Assembly (NCBI GenBank): GCA_009379925.1
Contig: WHSU01000015.1
Location: forward strand, 3,446-67,445
Origin: Dehalococcoidia bacterium
Lineage (GTDB): Bacteria; Chloroflexota; Dehalococcoidia; UBA2979
DNA length: 64,000 nt
Direction: 5' to 3'
Both the position numbers and the translations under genes were made by a program. This document shows positions 18,756 through 27,577 of the stretch, one piece after another. The notes under the pieces are model-generated. The model did not search any database, had not been told where the DNA came from, and saw only the letters and a program-made list of their open reading frames with translations. Position 1 is the first letter of the stretch. Each line of letters begins with the position of its first letter.

Positions 18756-19706
18756 TTACCCCACCGCCTCGCCGGTGAGAAACGCCCGAGGTACGCCGCG
18801 CATCATCAGGTCGATCGTTTCGTCGGGGACGCCGGACTCGCGCAGGGCGGGGAGCGCTGTCGTCGACAGGAAGAGGTAGCGGGTCGGCATCGAGCGCGGC
18901 TGGAGGCCCGGCGCGTAGTCGTGGCCCAGCATCAGCCGGTGCGCCCAGCCTCGGTCGACCAGCGCCTTGACCGTCGCGTTGCGTTGCTCCCACGTCGGAC
19001 GCTGCTGCTGTCCGTCCGCGGTCGCTACGGTGCCGCCGGGGTAGCGGTCCATCGAGAGGTAGACGCCGGCGTTGAGCAGGCGTTCAAGGTACTCGACGTC
19101 CGTCGTGTCCGCGCTGTGGCCGATGCACACGCGGTCCATGTTCGCGCCGGCGTCCCGCAGGATCTCCATCTGCCGCCAGCCGACCTCGAGGGGCGCCCAC
19201 TGGTGGCTGCTGATCGGGCAGCCGGTCTCGCGCGAGGCGATGGCCGCGGCGCGGAGGATGAGTTCCGCCGCCTCCGAGACGCCTTCCGCGTCAGACGCCA
19301 CCTTGATCACGCCGGCCTTGATGTCCGTGTCCTGGATGCCTTCCCGGATCTCGCGCACGAAGACCTCGGCGGTGCGCTCGGGCGACCACGACCGTAACTG
19401 GCGGGGCACCTCGCGCCAGATGCCCGTCGCCACGACGATGTGGAGGCCGGACGCCTTCGCGTAGTCCACGCTGAGCGACATCGAGCGGCCGAGGTCCGGC
19501 GTCGAGAGGTCGATGATCGCGTCGACGCCTCCCTGCTTGGCTTCGGTCAGTTCGGCGATGCCCCGCTCCCGCATCTCGTCCAGGTCGAACATCCACGGGT
19601 ACTCCACGCCGAGGATGGCGGGCGGGCGCGGAGTGTGTTCGTGGCTCAACGTGAAGCCCAGGTCCTCCGCGGGGATCGGCCCCAGCACTGTCTCGATCGT
19701 GGTCAT
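18756..19706 (-). CDS. Phosphotriesterase-family amidohydrolase
   Basis: IETVLGP, TLSHEH, IVVATG, VIKVA (carbamylated Lys position), CIGH, LGHD; AGGAGG RBS. Confidence 0.9.
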   Translation of the reverse strand: MTTIETVLGPIPAEDLGFTLSHEHTPRPPAILGVEYPWMFDLDEMRERGIAELTEAKQGGVDAIIDLSTPDLGRSMSLSVDYAKASGLHIVVATGIWREVPRQLRSWSPERTAEVFVREIREGIQDTDIKAGVIKVASDAEGVSEAAELILRAAAIASRETGCPISSHQWAPLEVGWRQMEILRDAGANMDRVCIGHSADTTDVEYLERLLNAGVYLSMDRYPGGTVATADGQQQRPTWEQRNATVKALVDRGWAHRLMLGHDYAPGLQPRSMPTRYLFLSTTALPALRESGVPDETIDLMMRGVPRAFLTGEAVG

Positions 19707-19735
19707 CGCGTGCTCCTCCTTGCGGCTTGACGGCC

Positions 19736-20383
19736 CTAGCCGCGGCCCTTCTGTTCGCCCCAGCGCTCCCAGTGCGTCACTTCCTCCACCGGCCGGCGTT
19801 TCGGCTGCGAGAACTGGCCGCGCGCAGGGTAGCCGAGGGGGATGAGCGCCATGGTCAGCGCGTCCTCGGGGATACCGAGCAGGCGTTTCGTGTCGTCCTC
19901 GTGGCCGGCGTACAGCGACGTGAGCGTGGCGCCGATGCCGTAGCCACGCGCGGCCAGCGCCAGGTTCTGCACGGCGCCGTAGATCGAGGAGCCGGCGCGC
20001 GGGTTCGGTCGCGTGGCGGCGTTGCGCAGCACGGGGATGACCCAGACCGGCGCCTCCTCCAGGTGCTCGGCGAGGTGTTCCGCGCTCAGGTAGTTCGCGC
20101 GGCCCAGGCCGGCGCCATCCGGGTCCGACAGGATCTGCTCGCGGCGGGTCCCGTAGGACGCCTGCCAGCCCTCGCGGTACCACTCCGCGATCTGCCGCTT
20201 CACCTCGGCGTCCCGCACCACGACCCAGCCCCAGCCCTGCGCGTTACCGCCCGAGGGACCGCGGATGGCCGCGTCGAGGATGTCCCACAGCACCTCGTCC
20301 GGGATGGGATCGGGCTTGAGGTAGCGCATGGCGCGCGTGGAGTGCATGGCGTCGAATAGCTCGATGTGCTCGCGCTGGGGCAT
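19736..20383 (-). CDS. Nitroreductase family protein
   Basis: TRAMRYLKPDPIP, GPSGGNAQGW, AVQNLALAARGYGIG, IPLGYP. Confidence 0.92.
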   Translation of the reverse strand: MPQREHIELFDAMHSTRAMRYLKPDPIPDEVLWDILDAAIRGPSGGNAQGWGWVVVRDAEVKRQIAEWYREGWQASYGTRREQILSDPDGAGLGRANYLSAEHLAEHLEEAPVWVIPVLRNAATRPNPRAGSSIYGAVQNLALAARGYGIGATLTSLYAGHEDDTKRLLGIPEDALTMALIPLGYPARGQFSQPKRRPVEEVTHWERWGEQKGRG

Positions 20384-20481
20384 GGAGTCTCCGTTCACTG
20401 GCTCGAGTCGGGCGGAGTGTAACCGCGCATCGGACGACCTTGCACCGCGGACGCGGCTTGACAGGCTGACCGCAGTCCGAA

Positions 20482-20503
20482 AGGGCGCAGGGCCTTGCGC
20501 CCT
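20482..20503 (-). terminator. Hairpin, possible terminator after the DUF6886-like gene
   Basis: AGGGCGCA-N6-TGCGCCCT with only a short T run on the minus strand. Confidence 0.4.
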
Positions 20504-20524
20504 ACAGCGCCCGTCGTTGGACAG

Positions 20525-21073
20525 CTACCTCGCGATGTTGGCCGGTGGCGGGCTGGAGGCGGGGCCCTCCCAGTCCTGCGCGTTGCGAAGCCGGATGCCG
20601 GAGACGTGCAACGAGGTGTCCCAGGCGCCCCGCAGCGGGGTGAGGCGCTCTACCAGCCGCACTTCCACCTCGGCCGCCCGCAGCGCCTCGAGCAGGTCGC
20701 CGACCGGCTCGACCGACAGCGGCGTCAGGGTCTCGCGGCTGACGTACATCCACCCGTCGCCCTCCACGCTTTCGAACGGCTCATCCGCGAAGGTGTAGCG
20801 GTAGAGCGCGGTGGAACGCATGCGCTCGAGCCAGTCCCATTCGAGGTAGGCGATCATCCGCGCGTCCGTGTGGTCGAACCACCGCTCGCGGTCCTCGGGT
20901 GTCGTCGATGGGACCTGCCACACGAGGATGCGCGGGCAGTCGCGCGGGAAGAAGTACGCGGGCGCGTGCCACTCGTCGATGGCCCAGACGAGCGGCTGCA
21001 CCTCCGGCCGGTGCGCGGGCGTGCGCGGTTCGAACACCTCGATGGTGGGGTCGTCGGAGAAGTGATAGAGCAT
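20525..21073 (-). CDS. Conserved hypothetical protein (DUF6886-like)
   Basis: LYHFSDDPTIEVFEPR, VWAID, YFFPRDCPRI, SGIRLRNA; family recognised from memory. Confidence 0.7.
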   Translation of the reverse strand: MLYHFSDDPTIEVFEPRTPAHRPEVQPLVWAIDEWHAPAYFFPRDCPRILVWQVPSTTPEDRERWFDHTDARMIAYLEWDWLERMRSTALYRYTFADEPFESVEGDGWMYVSRETLTPLSVEPVGDLLEALRAAEVEVRLVERLTPLRGAWDTSLHVSGIRLRNAQDWEGPASSPPPANIAR

Positions 21074-21113
21074 CGACCCCTCACCCCCGGGCGCCGTCGC
21101 CCCCTGCGGGCGA

Positions 21114-21139
21114 CCCTTCGACGGGATCAGGGCGAGCGG
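21114..21139 (-). repeat. Intergenic REP-like repeat arm, copy 1
   Basis: Reverse complement ccgctcgccctgatcccgtcgaaggg matches 36902-36927 at 22/26 positions. Confidence 0.6.
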
Positions 21140-21149
21140 CGCCCCTCCC

Positions 21150-22304
21150 TCACTGATTCCCGAGGATCAGCGTGCTCGTCGCGGAGAACATCCCGCCGGG
21201 GGCGTGCACCATCGACACCTCGACGTTGTCGAGCTGCGCCGGGGCTTCGCCGCGGAGCTGCCGCACGGACTCCTGGATCGCGAACATGCCGTACATGCCC
21301 GTGTGCGTGTAGGAGAGGCCGCCGCCGTTCGTGTTCATCGGCAGTTTGCCGCCCGGCGCGGAGTTCATCTCCGCGAACCACGGGCCGCCCTCGCCGGGGC
21401 CGACGAAGCCGAGGGCTTCGAGCGCGTAGATCGGCGTATGCGAGAAGGCGTCGTAGAACATCGCGTGCTGGATGGCGGACTGGTCGAGGCCGGCCATGCG
21501 GAAGGCCTCGGGACCCGTGATCTTCGCGGCGGCGGTCCACTCCGTGAAGTCCCACATCTGCGAGATGTTGGTGTGCTGCGAGGACTCGCCGCGTCCGAGG
21601 ACCCAGACGGGCTTCTTCGGGAAGTCGTTGGCGCGCTCCTCGGAGACCACGATCAGCGCACCGCCGCCGTCCGTGACCAGGCAGCAGTTCAGGAGGTGCA
21701 GCGGCCACGCGATCATCCGGCTGCTCAGCACGTCCTCGATGGTGATCGGGTCGCGCATCATGGCGCGGGGGTTCTGCTGCGCCCACTGGCGCGTGGCGAC
21801 CGAGACGGCCGCCAGTTGCTCCTCGGTGGTGCCGTAGACCTTCATGTGCCGCGCGATGGGCACCGAGAACATCGAGGGCGGGCCAGCGACACCGTACGGC
21901 GCCTCGAACTGGCCACTCATCGACTGCCGAGCGCCGCCGAAGCCACCGGCGCCGACGCGCGAGCGGCCGGACTCGCCGTGCGTGATCAGCACGGTGTCGC
22001 AGTAGCCGGCCGCGATGGCGGCGACGGCGTGGCCGACGTGGATCAGGAACGACCCGCCGCCTACAGCGGTGCCGTCGATCCACTTCGGCATGATGCCCAG
22101 GTACTCGGTGAGTTGCGCCGGCGAGACGCCCGCGGTGGCGACGCCATCGATGTCGTCGAGCGTCAGGCCGGCGTCGGCGAGCGCGTTGAAGGCGGACTCA
22201 GCGTGCAACTGGAGCACCGAGCGGTCCGGCAGCACGCCGACGGTGTCGGTCTCGGCCGCGCCAACGATGGCGGCCTTGTGGCTGAGGTTTCGGGAGTCGG
22301 GCAT
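21150..22304 (-). CDS. Thiolase-superfamily protein (SCP2/Ltp2-like, no N-terminal catalytic Cys)
   Basis: AAIVGAAET, CCLVTDGGGA, MFYDAFS, NTNGGGLSYTH; GGGS where thiolases have CxSG. Confidence 0.9.
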   Translation of the reverse strand: MPDSRNLSHKAAIVGAAETDTVGVLPDRSVLQLHAESAFNALADAGLTLDDIDGVATAGVSPAQLTEYLGIMPKWIDGTAVGGGSFLIHVGHAVAAIAAGYCDTVLITHGESGRSRVGAGGFGGARQSMSGQFEAPYGVAGPPSMFSVPIARHMKVYGTTEEQLAAVSVATRQWAQQNPRAMMRDPITIEDVLSSRMIAWPLHLLNCCLVTDGGGALIVVSEERANDFPKKPVWVLGRGESSQHTNISQMWDFTEWTAAAKITGPEAFRMAGLDQSAIQHAMFYDAFSHTPIYALEALGFVGPGEGGPWFAEMNSAPGGKLPMNTNGGGLSYTHTGMYGMFAIQESVRQLRGEAPAQLDNVEVSMVHAPGGMFSATSTLILGNQ

Positions 22305-22319
22305 CGTGTCGTCTCGTCT

Positions 22320-22754
22320 CTACGTCGCGGCCGCGATCTGCGGGCTGCCTACGCCAGCTTTCCAGAGCGGCAGCGTGACCTCGTCGTCCACATCCTGGTA
22401 GACGATCTCGAGGGGCGCATCGACCGGCAGCTTCTCCGGCGTCGGGTCATCGAGACCGGTGATGTTGGTCATCATCTTGCCGCCCTCCTCGAGGGCGACG
22501 ACGGCGATCACGTACGGCGGCTCGAAGGCGGGGTGACCGCGGTGCGCGATCACGTAGGAGTGGAGCGTCCCCTTGCCGGAGGCCGTGCGCCACTCGACGT
22601 CCCGCGAGTGGCAGCCGGGATACGGACAGAACGGCCGGGGGTAGAAGTAGCCACGGTCGCAGGTGTTGCAGTGCTGCATCCGGAGTTCATGACGCTTCAG
22701 TCCGTCCCAGAACTCCTGCGTCTCCGGCGTCGCCTGCGGGAGCGGTTTCTGCAT
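22320..22754 (-). CDS. DUF35 Zn-ribbon/OB-fold protein
   Basis: FWDG, CNTC...CPYPGC, SGKGTLHSY, PYVIAVVALEEG; adjacent to the thiolase-like gene. Confidence 0.92.
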   Translation of the reverse strand: MQKPLPQATPETQEFWDGLKRHELRMQHCNTCDRGYFYPRPFCPYPGCHSRDVEWRTASGKGTLHSYVIAHRGHPAFEPPYVIAVVALEEGGKMMTNITGLDDPTPEKLPVDAPLEIVYQDVDDEVTLPLWKAGVGSPQIAAAT

Positions 22755-22889
22755 GCGCTGCTGGCCCACCATGCCGTGTCATCCCCTCATCGCGTCGACG
22801 CCGCCGGTCGCGGCGCCACCCGACCATCCGAGCCGGGCCGCGCGCAGTCTAGCACCGGGCGCCGAGGCGCGCGCGCGGGGTCGCGCAGG

Positions 22890-23090
22890 CTACAGCAGCG
22901 CGAGGACGACCACGCTGCCGACCATCACGACGATGAGGAACACCGCGACGGCGCGGAGCAGCCGAGGCGTCCACAGCCGGTGCGGAGGCGGATCCCATCC
23001 GGCGTAGCCGGCCTCCTCCGTCAGGTCCGGGTCGAGGTCGCCCTCGGTCGACTCGACCCAGCCCTCGCCCTCGCCCGGCTCGTTGCTCAC
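22890..23090 (-). CDS. Small acidic protein with a C-terminal TM helix
   Basis: GTG overlaps the PaaI stop (GTGA); acidic N-terminus and hydrophobic C-terminus. Confidence 0.55.
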   Translation of the reverse strand: MSNEPGEGEGWVESTEGDLDPDLTEEAGYAGWDPPPHRLWTPRLLRAVAVFLIVVMVGSVVVLALL

Positions 23091-23536
23091 GAGGTGGCGC
23101 CATCCCGCTCGAGCGCGCACGTGACTCGAGCACGGCAGTTGAGGCGTCCGTCGGCACCATCGCTGATCGTCACGTCTACGACCGCGAGCCGCCCGATGCG
23201 GAGCACGCGCGCCTCGGCGACCGTGCGCTCGCCGACCGCCGAGGTGAGATACGAGATCCCGAGGTCCTGTGTCCCCGCGAGGCGCGCGCCGTCCTCGATG
23301 ACCGTGCGCAGGCAGAGGTGAGCGGCAAGCTCCGCGAACGTGGCTAGCGCGCCGCCATTGATGGAGTCACGGACCCCCGCCACATTCGTGCCGTTGCGGT
23401 CCATCACCAGGCCGGCGTGACCTTCCTCCAACACCTCGACGCGGATCCCGAGCGCAGCGAAGAGCGGCTGCGCGTCCCAGAACGCGGCCGCCTCGGCCGG
23501 CGGCGTGCCGGGCACCGGCAGGGCGAGCGCCGTCAT
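23087..23536 (-). CDS. PaaI-family (hotdog) thioesterase
   Basis: FAALGIRV, INGGALATFAE, TQDLGISYL. Confidence 0.85.
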   Translation of the reverse strand: MTALALPVPGTPPAEAAAFWDAQPLFAALGIRVEVLEEGHAGLVMDRNGTNVAGVRDSINGGALATFAELAAHLCLRTVIEDGARLAGTQDLGISYLTSAVGERTVAEARVLRIGRLAVVDVTISDGADGRLNCRARVTCALERDGATS

Positions 23537-23979
23537 CGAGGCGCTCCGTCCGCAGGGCGTATGGCGTAGGAACCGCGTCCGTACGCGATCGGTGCGCCCT
23601 CGTCGTCCTCGACGCGGACATCGACGACCGCGAGCAGCGCACCTCGATGCACCACCGTGGCGGTGACGACCGCCTCCCCGAGGGGTTGGGCGACATACGT
23701 GAGGTTCATCTCGGCGGTGCCATTCATGACGTCGCGCCCAGACTGGACGGTCGTGCTCACGGCGCTCACGAGGGCCAGGTCGGCGGCCGTGGTGATGGCG
23801 AAGGTGCTCACGCCCTCGGGTGCCTCGTTGCCATCGATGCCGGCCGCGCTGCCGGGGACGCGGACCACGCGGTAGCGGGTGAAGCCCTCCGCGATCTCTT
23901 CGGCGCGAAGGCCCAGCGCGCGGTTCAACGGCTGTGCGTCCGTACGCTCACGCCACTGCTCAACCGGGGGTGCCGGCAT
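23533..23979 (-). CDS. PaaI-family (hotdog) thioesterase, second paralog
   Basis: LNRALGL, TAADLAL, TAEMNLTY, AYGRGSY. Confidence 0.8.
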   Translation of the reverse strand: MPAPPVEQWRERTDAQPLNRALGLRAEEIAEGFTRYRVVRVPGSAAGIDGNEAPEGVSTFAITTAADLALVSAVSTTVQSGRDVMNGTAEMNLTYVAQPLGEAVVTATVVHRGALLAVVDVRVEDDEGAPIAYGRGSYAIRPADGAPR

Positions 23980-24106
23980 CGGGCCACCTTCTTTGCTGGG
24001 TAGATCGAGGCGAGCCTACCGGATCGGGCAGGTGGCGCGACAGGCCCGCGACCCGGGCCGGGCGGTATGCTGCCGAGAGGCGGCCCCACACGGAGTAGGA
24101 GAGCGG

Positions 24107-24841
24107 ATGAGCGTCCTGGTGCAGCGGGAGTTCTCGGTGGCACAGCCCAACCAGGCGGAGTTCGAACGCCAGAGCCGCGAGGGGCTGTGGCCGACGTTCC
24201 TGCACTTCGGCGCGCTCATGGTCGCCTTCGGACGCTGGGGGTTCAACGGACCGGGCGGCGTGGTGGTCACGAACACCGTGTACGCGGACATGGAGCATTG
24301 GCTCGCCACACGCGCGAGCGCCGGCGACTTCTACCGTGACGAGACGATCATGGAGGAGACGAAGGAGCTGCGGCCCATCTTCGAGGCGCGCGGCGGACTG
24401 GTCACCGAGTCGAGCGCCCGCATCATCGACCTGGACGACGATGTCTCCGAGCCACGGCCGTTCTACCGCCAGGCCGGCCAGCCCACTGCCACGCCACCAA
24501 ACACCTTCGGCGCCGGCTCCGTGATCTCCGAGCGCCGCTACGTGGTGCCCGAGAAGTCACAGGAGGAGTTCCTCCGCCTCTCGCGAGAGCAGATCTGGCC
24601 GTGGCTGACCGAGCAGGGCGGGCGGCTCGTCGGCTTCGGCCGGGACCCCCTCGGGCCGCCCTCACAGATCATGACGTTGTTCGCGTTCCGCTCCCTGCCG
24701 GACTGGTACCGCCTCGCGCACCCGGCGGAACACGAGGCGCCGGGCCGGCCGAGCGAGGCGTGGCAGGCGCGGCACAACCTGATCGCGACACAGCAAGGGC
24801 GCCTGCTGATCATCGGCTCAGACTTCGGCACGAAGGTCTAG
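24107..24841 (+). CDS. Tandem NIPSNAP-like domain protein
   Basis: Two repeats of (E/Q)RxY/F...EF.R.SRE..WP....G...V.FGR; AGGAG RBS. Confidence 0.65.
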   Translation: MSVLVQREFSVAQPNQAEFERQSREGLWPTFLHFGALMVAFGRWGFNGPGGVVVTNTVYADMEHWLATRASAGDFYRDETIMEETKELRPIFEARGGLVTESSARIIDLDDDVSEPRPFYRQAGQPTATPPNTFGAGSVISERRYVVPEKSQEEFLRLSREQIWPWLTEQGGRLVGFGRDPLGPPSQIMTLFAFRSLPDWYRLAHPAEHEAPGRPSEAWQARHNLIATQQGRLLIIGSDFGTKV

Positions 24842-24849
24842 GTGGTCTG

Positions 24850-25785
24850 ATGGTGGACGGCGCTACCTCGCCGCCCGTGGACACCGCGCTGCTCGCGGAG
24901 ATCGAGGCGCTGGCCGTCGAACTGGCCCGCGAGGCCGGGGACACGGCGACCGGGGCGCTCGAGCGGGTGCTGGAGATTGAGTACAAGACGGACGCGAAAG
25001 GCAAACAGCCCGCCCGTGACCCTGTGTCCGAGGTGGACCGCGCCGTCGAAGCGCTCGTCCGGGCGCGGGTGGCCGAGCGCTTCCCGGAACACGACATTAT
25101 CGGCGAGGAAGTGGACCACCACCCAGCCTCCGACCAGGAGTTCGTGTGGGTCGTCGACCCGGTGGACGGCACCGCCAATTTCATCAACGGCTTCCCGCTC
25201 TTCGCGGTCTCCATCGGCGTACTACATCGAGGCGCGCCGGTGGTCGGCGTGGTGTGGTGCGGCGCAAGTCACGCCCTGCGTCCCGGCATCTACCACGCGC
25301 ACCTGGGCGGACGGCTGCACTTCGACGGCGAGGCGATCGAGCCGGACCGCGCGGCGGCGGGGGTACGCCGGCGGCTGAGCGCCGCGCCGGGCGGCTCGCC
25401 CGCGGGCACGCGCGCGTGGGACCACCGCGTCACGGGCTCCGCCGCGATCGAGGTCGCGTTCGTGGCCGCGGGCATCTTTCAGAGCGCGACCTTGTGGGGC
25501 CTGCACCTGTGGGACGTCGCCGCCGGTGCCGCCCTCGTGCGGGCAGCCGGCCGCGAGGTGTGGGTCCGGGGACGCGACGGCTGGCAGCCCCTCGAGCGCT
25601 TCGAAGCGCCAGCGCGGCTGCCACGCGGCGTGAAGGAGGACCGTGCACCCTCGCTGCGCGACTGGCGGCAGCCGCTCATCGTCGGCACGCACGAGGCCTG
25701 CGCGCTGATCCGGGAACGCGCTCGACCGCCGGGCTGGTGGGGCCGCTTCATGGCCCGCATCGGCCTCCGCGGGCGCAGGCGGTAG
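24850..25785 (+). CDS. Inositol monophosphatase family protein
   Basis: IIGEE, WVVDPVDGTANF, GSAA, WDVAAG. Confidence 0.92.
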   Translation: MVDGATSPPVDTALLAEIEALAVELAREAGDTATGALERVLEIEYKTDAKGKQPARDPVSEVDRAVEALVRARVAERFPEHDIIGEEVDHHPASDQEFVWVVDPVDGTANFINGFPLFAVSIGVLHRGAPVVGVVWCGASHALRPGIYHAHLGGRLHFDGEAIEPDRAAAGVRRRLSAAPGGSPAGTRAWDHRVTGSAAIEVAFVAAGIFQSATLWGLHLWDVAAGAALVRAAGREVWVRGRDGWQPLERFEAPARLPRGVKEDRAPSLRDWRQPLIVGTHEACALIRERARPPGWWGRFMARIGLRGRRR

Positions 25786-25797
25786 CCGGTCCCGTCT

Positions 25798-26559
25798 CTA
25801 GACCATCGGCCAGGGGACGCAGCGGTACGGGTACATCTCCGGCAGCACCGGCTGATCGAGGAGGGCGCGCGCGCGGCGTCGAAGCGCCTCCGTCTCCGCG
25901 CGCGAGAGCCGTTCCCGAAGCGGGAGCGAGTCGTCGTCGTCCAGGCAGTCGAGAAGGCGCCGGATGTCGGCCAGCCACGGCTCCGGGACCTCGGTGCCGG
26001 CATAGTCCCAGATCACCGTGCGCAGCTTCTGGTGCTGGTGGAAGCAGAGCCCGTTGTCGATGCCCCAGATGTGGCCGCCCTCGTCGAGCAGCACGTGGCC
26101 GCCCTTGCGGTCGGCGTTGTTCGCCAGCAGGTCAAAGACCGCGCAGCGCACGAACTGTTCGTCGTAGGTGTCGCGCTCCCGGAGCACGAAGTAGTGCTCA
26201 GACGGGTCGTGCTCGATGAACAACTGCATCGACCCCTCGCCGTGGGGGCCTCCTCGCCCCACCGTAGGCGGCACCAGATCCCAGCCGAGCAACCGGGACA
26301 GCTCGTATGCGGCGACCTCGCGATTGAAGAGCGTGCCGAAGGGGAAGTCGTGCAGCGGCCGCTCGCCGCGCGCGGGCTTGTAGACCGCCAGCCCTCGCCC
26401 GTGCTCACGGTGTGTCAGTTCGGTGAGGAACACGTAGTTCGAGGAGTCGTAGACCAGCTGTTGGTCACAGATCTCCGCGTCCCGCAACGCATCCAGCACC
26501 CACGAGTCGCTCGCGCGCCACTCGTGCTGCAGGCTGCCGTCGGCGCTGGTGACTGCCAT
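25798..26559 (-). CDS. SCO1664-family PI3/4-kinase-like protein
   Basis: SNYVF, VYKPARGERPLHDFP, REVAAY, NNADRKGGH, GIDNGLCFH, KLRTVIW. Confidence 0.88.
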   Translation of the reverse strand: MAVTSADGSLQHEWRASDSWVLDALRDAEICDQQLVYDSSNYVFLTELTHREHGRGLAVYKPARGERPLHDFPFGTLFNREVAAYELSRLLGWDLVPPTVGRGGPHGEGSMQLFIEHDPSEHYFVLRERDTYDEQFVRCAVFDLLANNADRKGGHVLLDEGGHIWGIDNGLCFHQHQKLRTVIWDYAGTEVPEPWLADIRRLLDCLDDDDSLPLRERLSRAETEALRRRARALLDQPVLPEMYPYRCVPWPMV

Positions 26560-26625
26560 CGCGGGCCCTCCGTGGGCGCCCCCCGATTGTAGGTGAGGCC
26601 GGCGCCCGGGCGTGGCGAGGGCGCG

Positions 26626-27441
26626 CTACTGCGGTTTCACGACTTCGCGCTCGGTCAGCCCCAGGCCGCGCCGCATCGCGGTCGCGTGCATCACCATCGT
26701 CGCGAGCGCGGGCAACGAGGCGTCCAGGGCGGCCTTCGCCTGCGCGATCGCGGCGTCGCTCAAGCCGGCCGCGCGCAGCGACTCCGGGTTGGCCTCCACC
26801 GGCTCGGCGAGGAAGCGCGCCCCCGAGCGGGCGTAGTAGTAGAGCGCGCGGCCGCGCCGGCGGAAGTCCGGGTACGTCGTGAGGTGCTGCAATTCCTCCC
26901 ACGCGGTCACCAGGTAGCCCGGCCAGACGGCTACCGCGCGGTAAAGCTGCGGTGGCGCCTCGACGTTCAGCGCCGCGACCACCTCGGGCAGCGGCGGCGT
27001 GTCCGGCGAGGCGAACCGCACCTCGGTCTGGAGGTGCCGCCGCTCACGCTCGGACGGCTCCCGAGGCTCGGCGCGGCCATGCCCACCCACGCGCGGCCGC
27101 CCCCACGCCTCGGAGAGCGCGGCGACCAGCAGCAGGAGCTGTGGCTGCACCCGGTGGAAGACATCGAGCACCGCCCGCACCTGCTCCAGCTCGGCCTCGT
27201 CGAGCGGAAACTCCTCGGGCGACCGTAGCGGCTCGTAAACCTCCTCGACGGCGTCGAGGGCCATGTCCGCCATGTAGAGCGCGCTGCCGAGGAAGCCCGC
27301 GGTCTCCACGGAGGCGGCCAGCCGGGGCCACAGGTGCTCCAGGTAGCCCTCGGCGGTGGCGAGGCGCTCGATGGCTTCCGGGACGAAGGGGCAACGGAGC
27401 GCCTCGGCGATCTCGTGCGTCAGTATCTGGGTGGTGGCCAT
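26626..27441 (-). CDS. DehI-like (group I haloacid dehalogenase fold) protein
   Basis: Internal two-fold repeat (EIAEALRCPFVP...GYLEHLW / EVVAALNV...YRAVAVWPGYLVTAW) and LDVFHRVQPQLLL. Confidence 0.55.
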   Translation of the reverse strand: MATTQILTHEIAEALRCPFVPEAIERLATAEGYLEHLWPRLAASVETAGFLGSALYMADMALDAVEEVYEPLRSPEEFPLDEAELEQVRAVLDVFHRVQPQLLLLVAALSEAWGRPRVGGHGRAEPREPSERERRHLQTEVRFASPDTPPLPEVVAALNVEAPPQLYRAVAVWPGYLVTAWEELQHLTTYPDFRRRGRALYYYARSGARFLAEPVEANPESLRAAGLSDAAIAQAKAALDASLPALATMVMHATAMRRGLGLTEREVVKPQ

Positions 27442-27577
27442 GCATCGAGGATAGCGGACGCGAGGGCGCGAGACTGTACGCACGCCGACGGACGCGTTAT
27501 GGTGACGCGAGTCCGGTCGAGCTTGCGGCACGCCGGACAAGATAGATTGACCCTGGCATCCGGAGGGCGTCCCCAGC

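Noticed and set aside
21204-23321. Very long alternative-frame and antisense ORFs (also 11829-13787, 13751-15652, 40988-42991, 53176-54858, 55688-57400)
   Set aside because: Arg/Gly/Ala-rich shadow ORFs typical of high-GC DNA. They overlap well-supported genes and have no motifs of their own.
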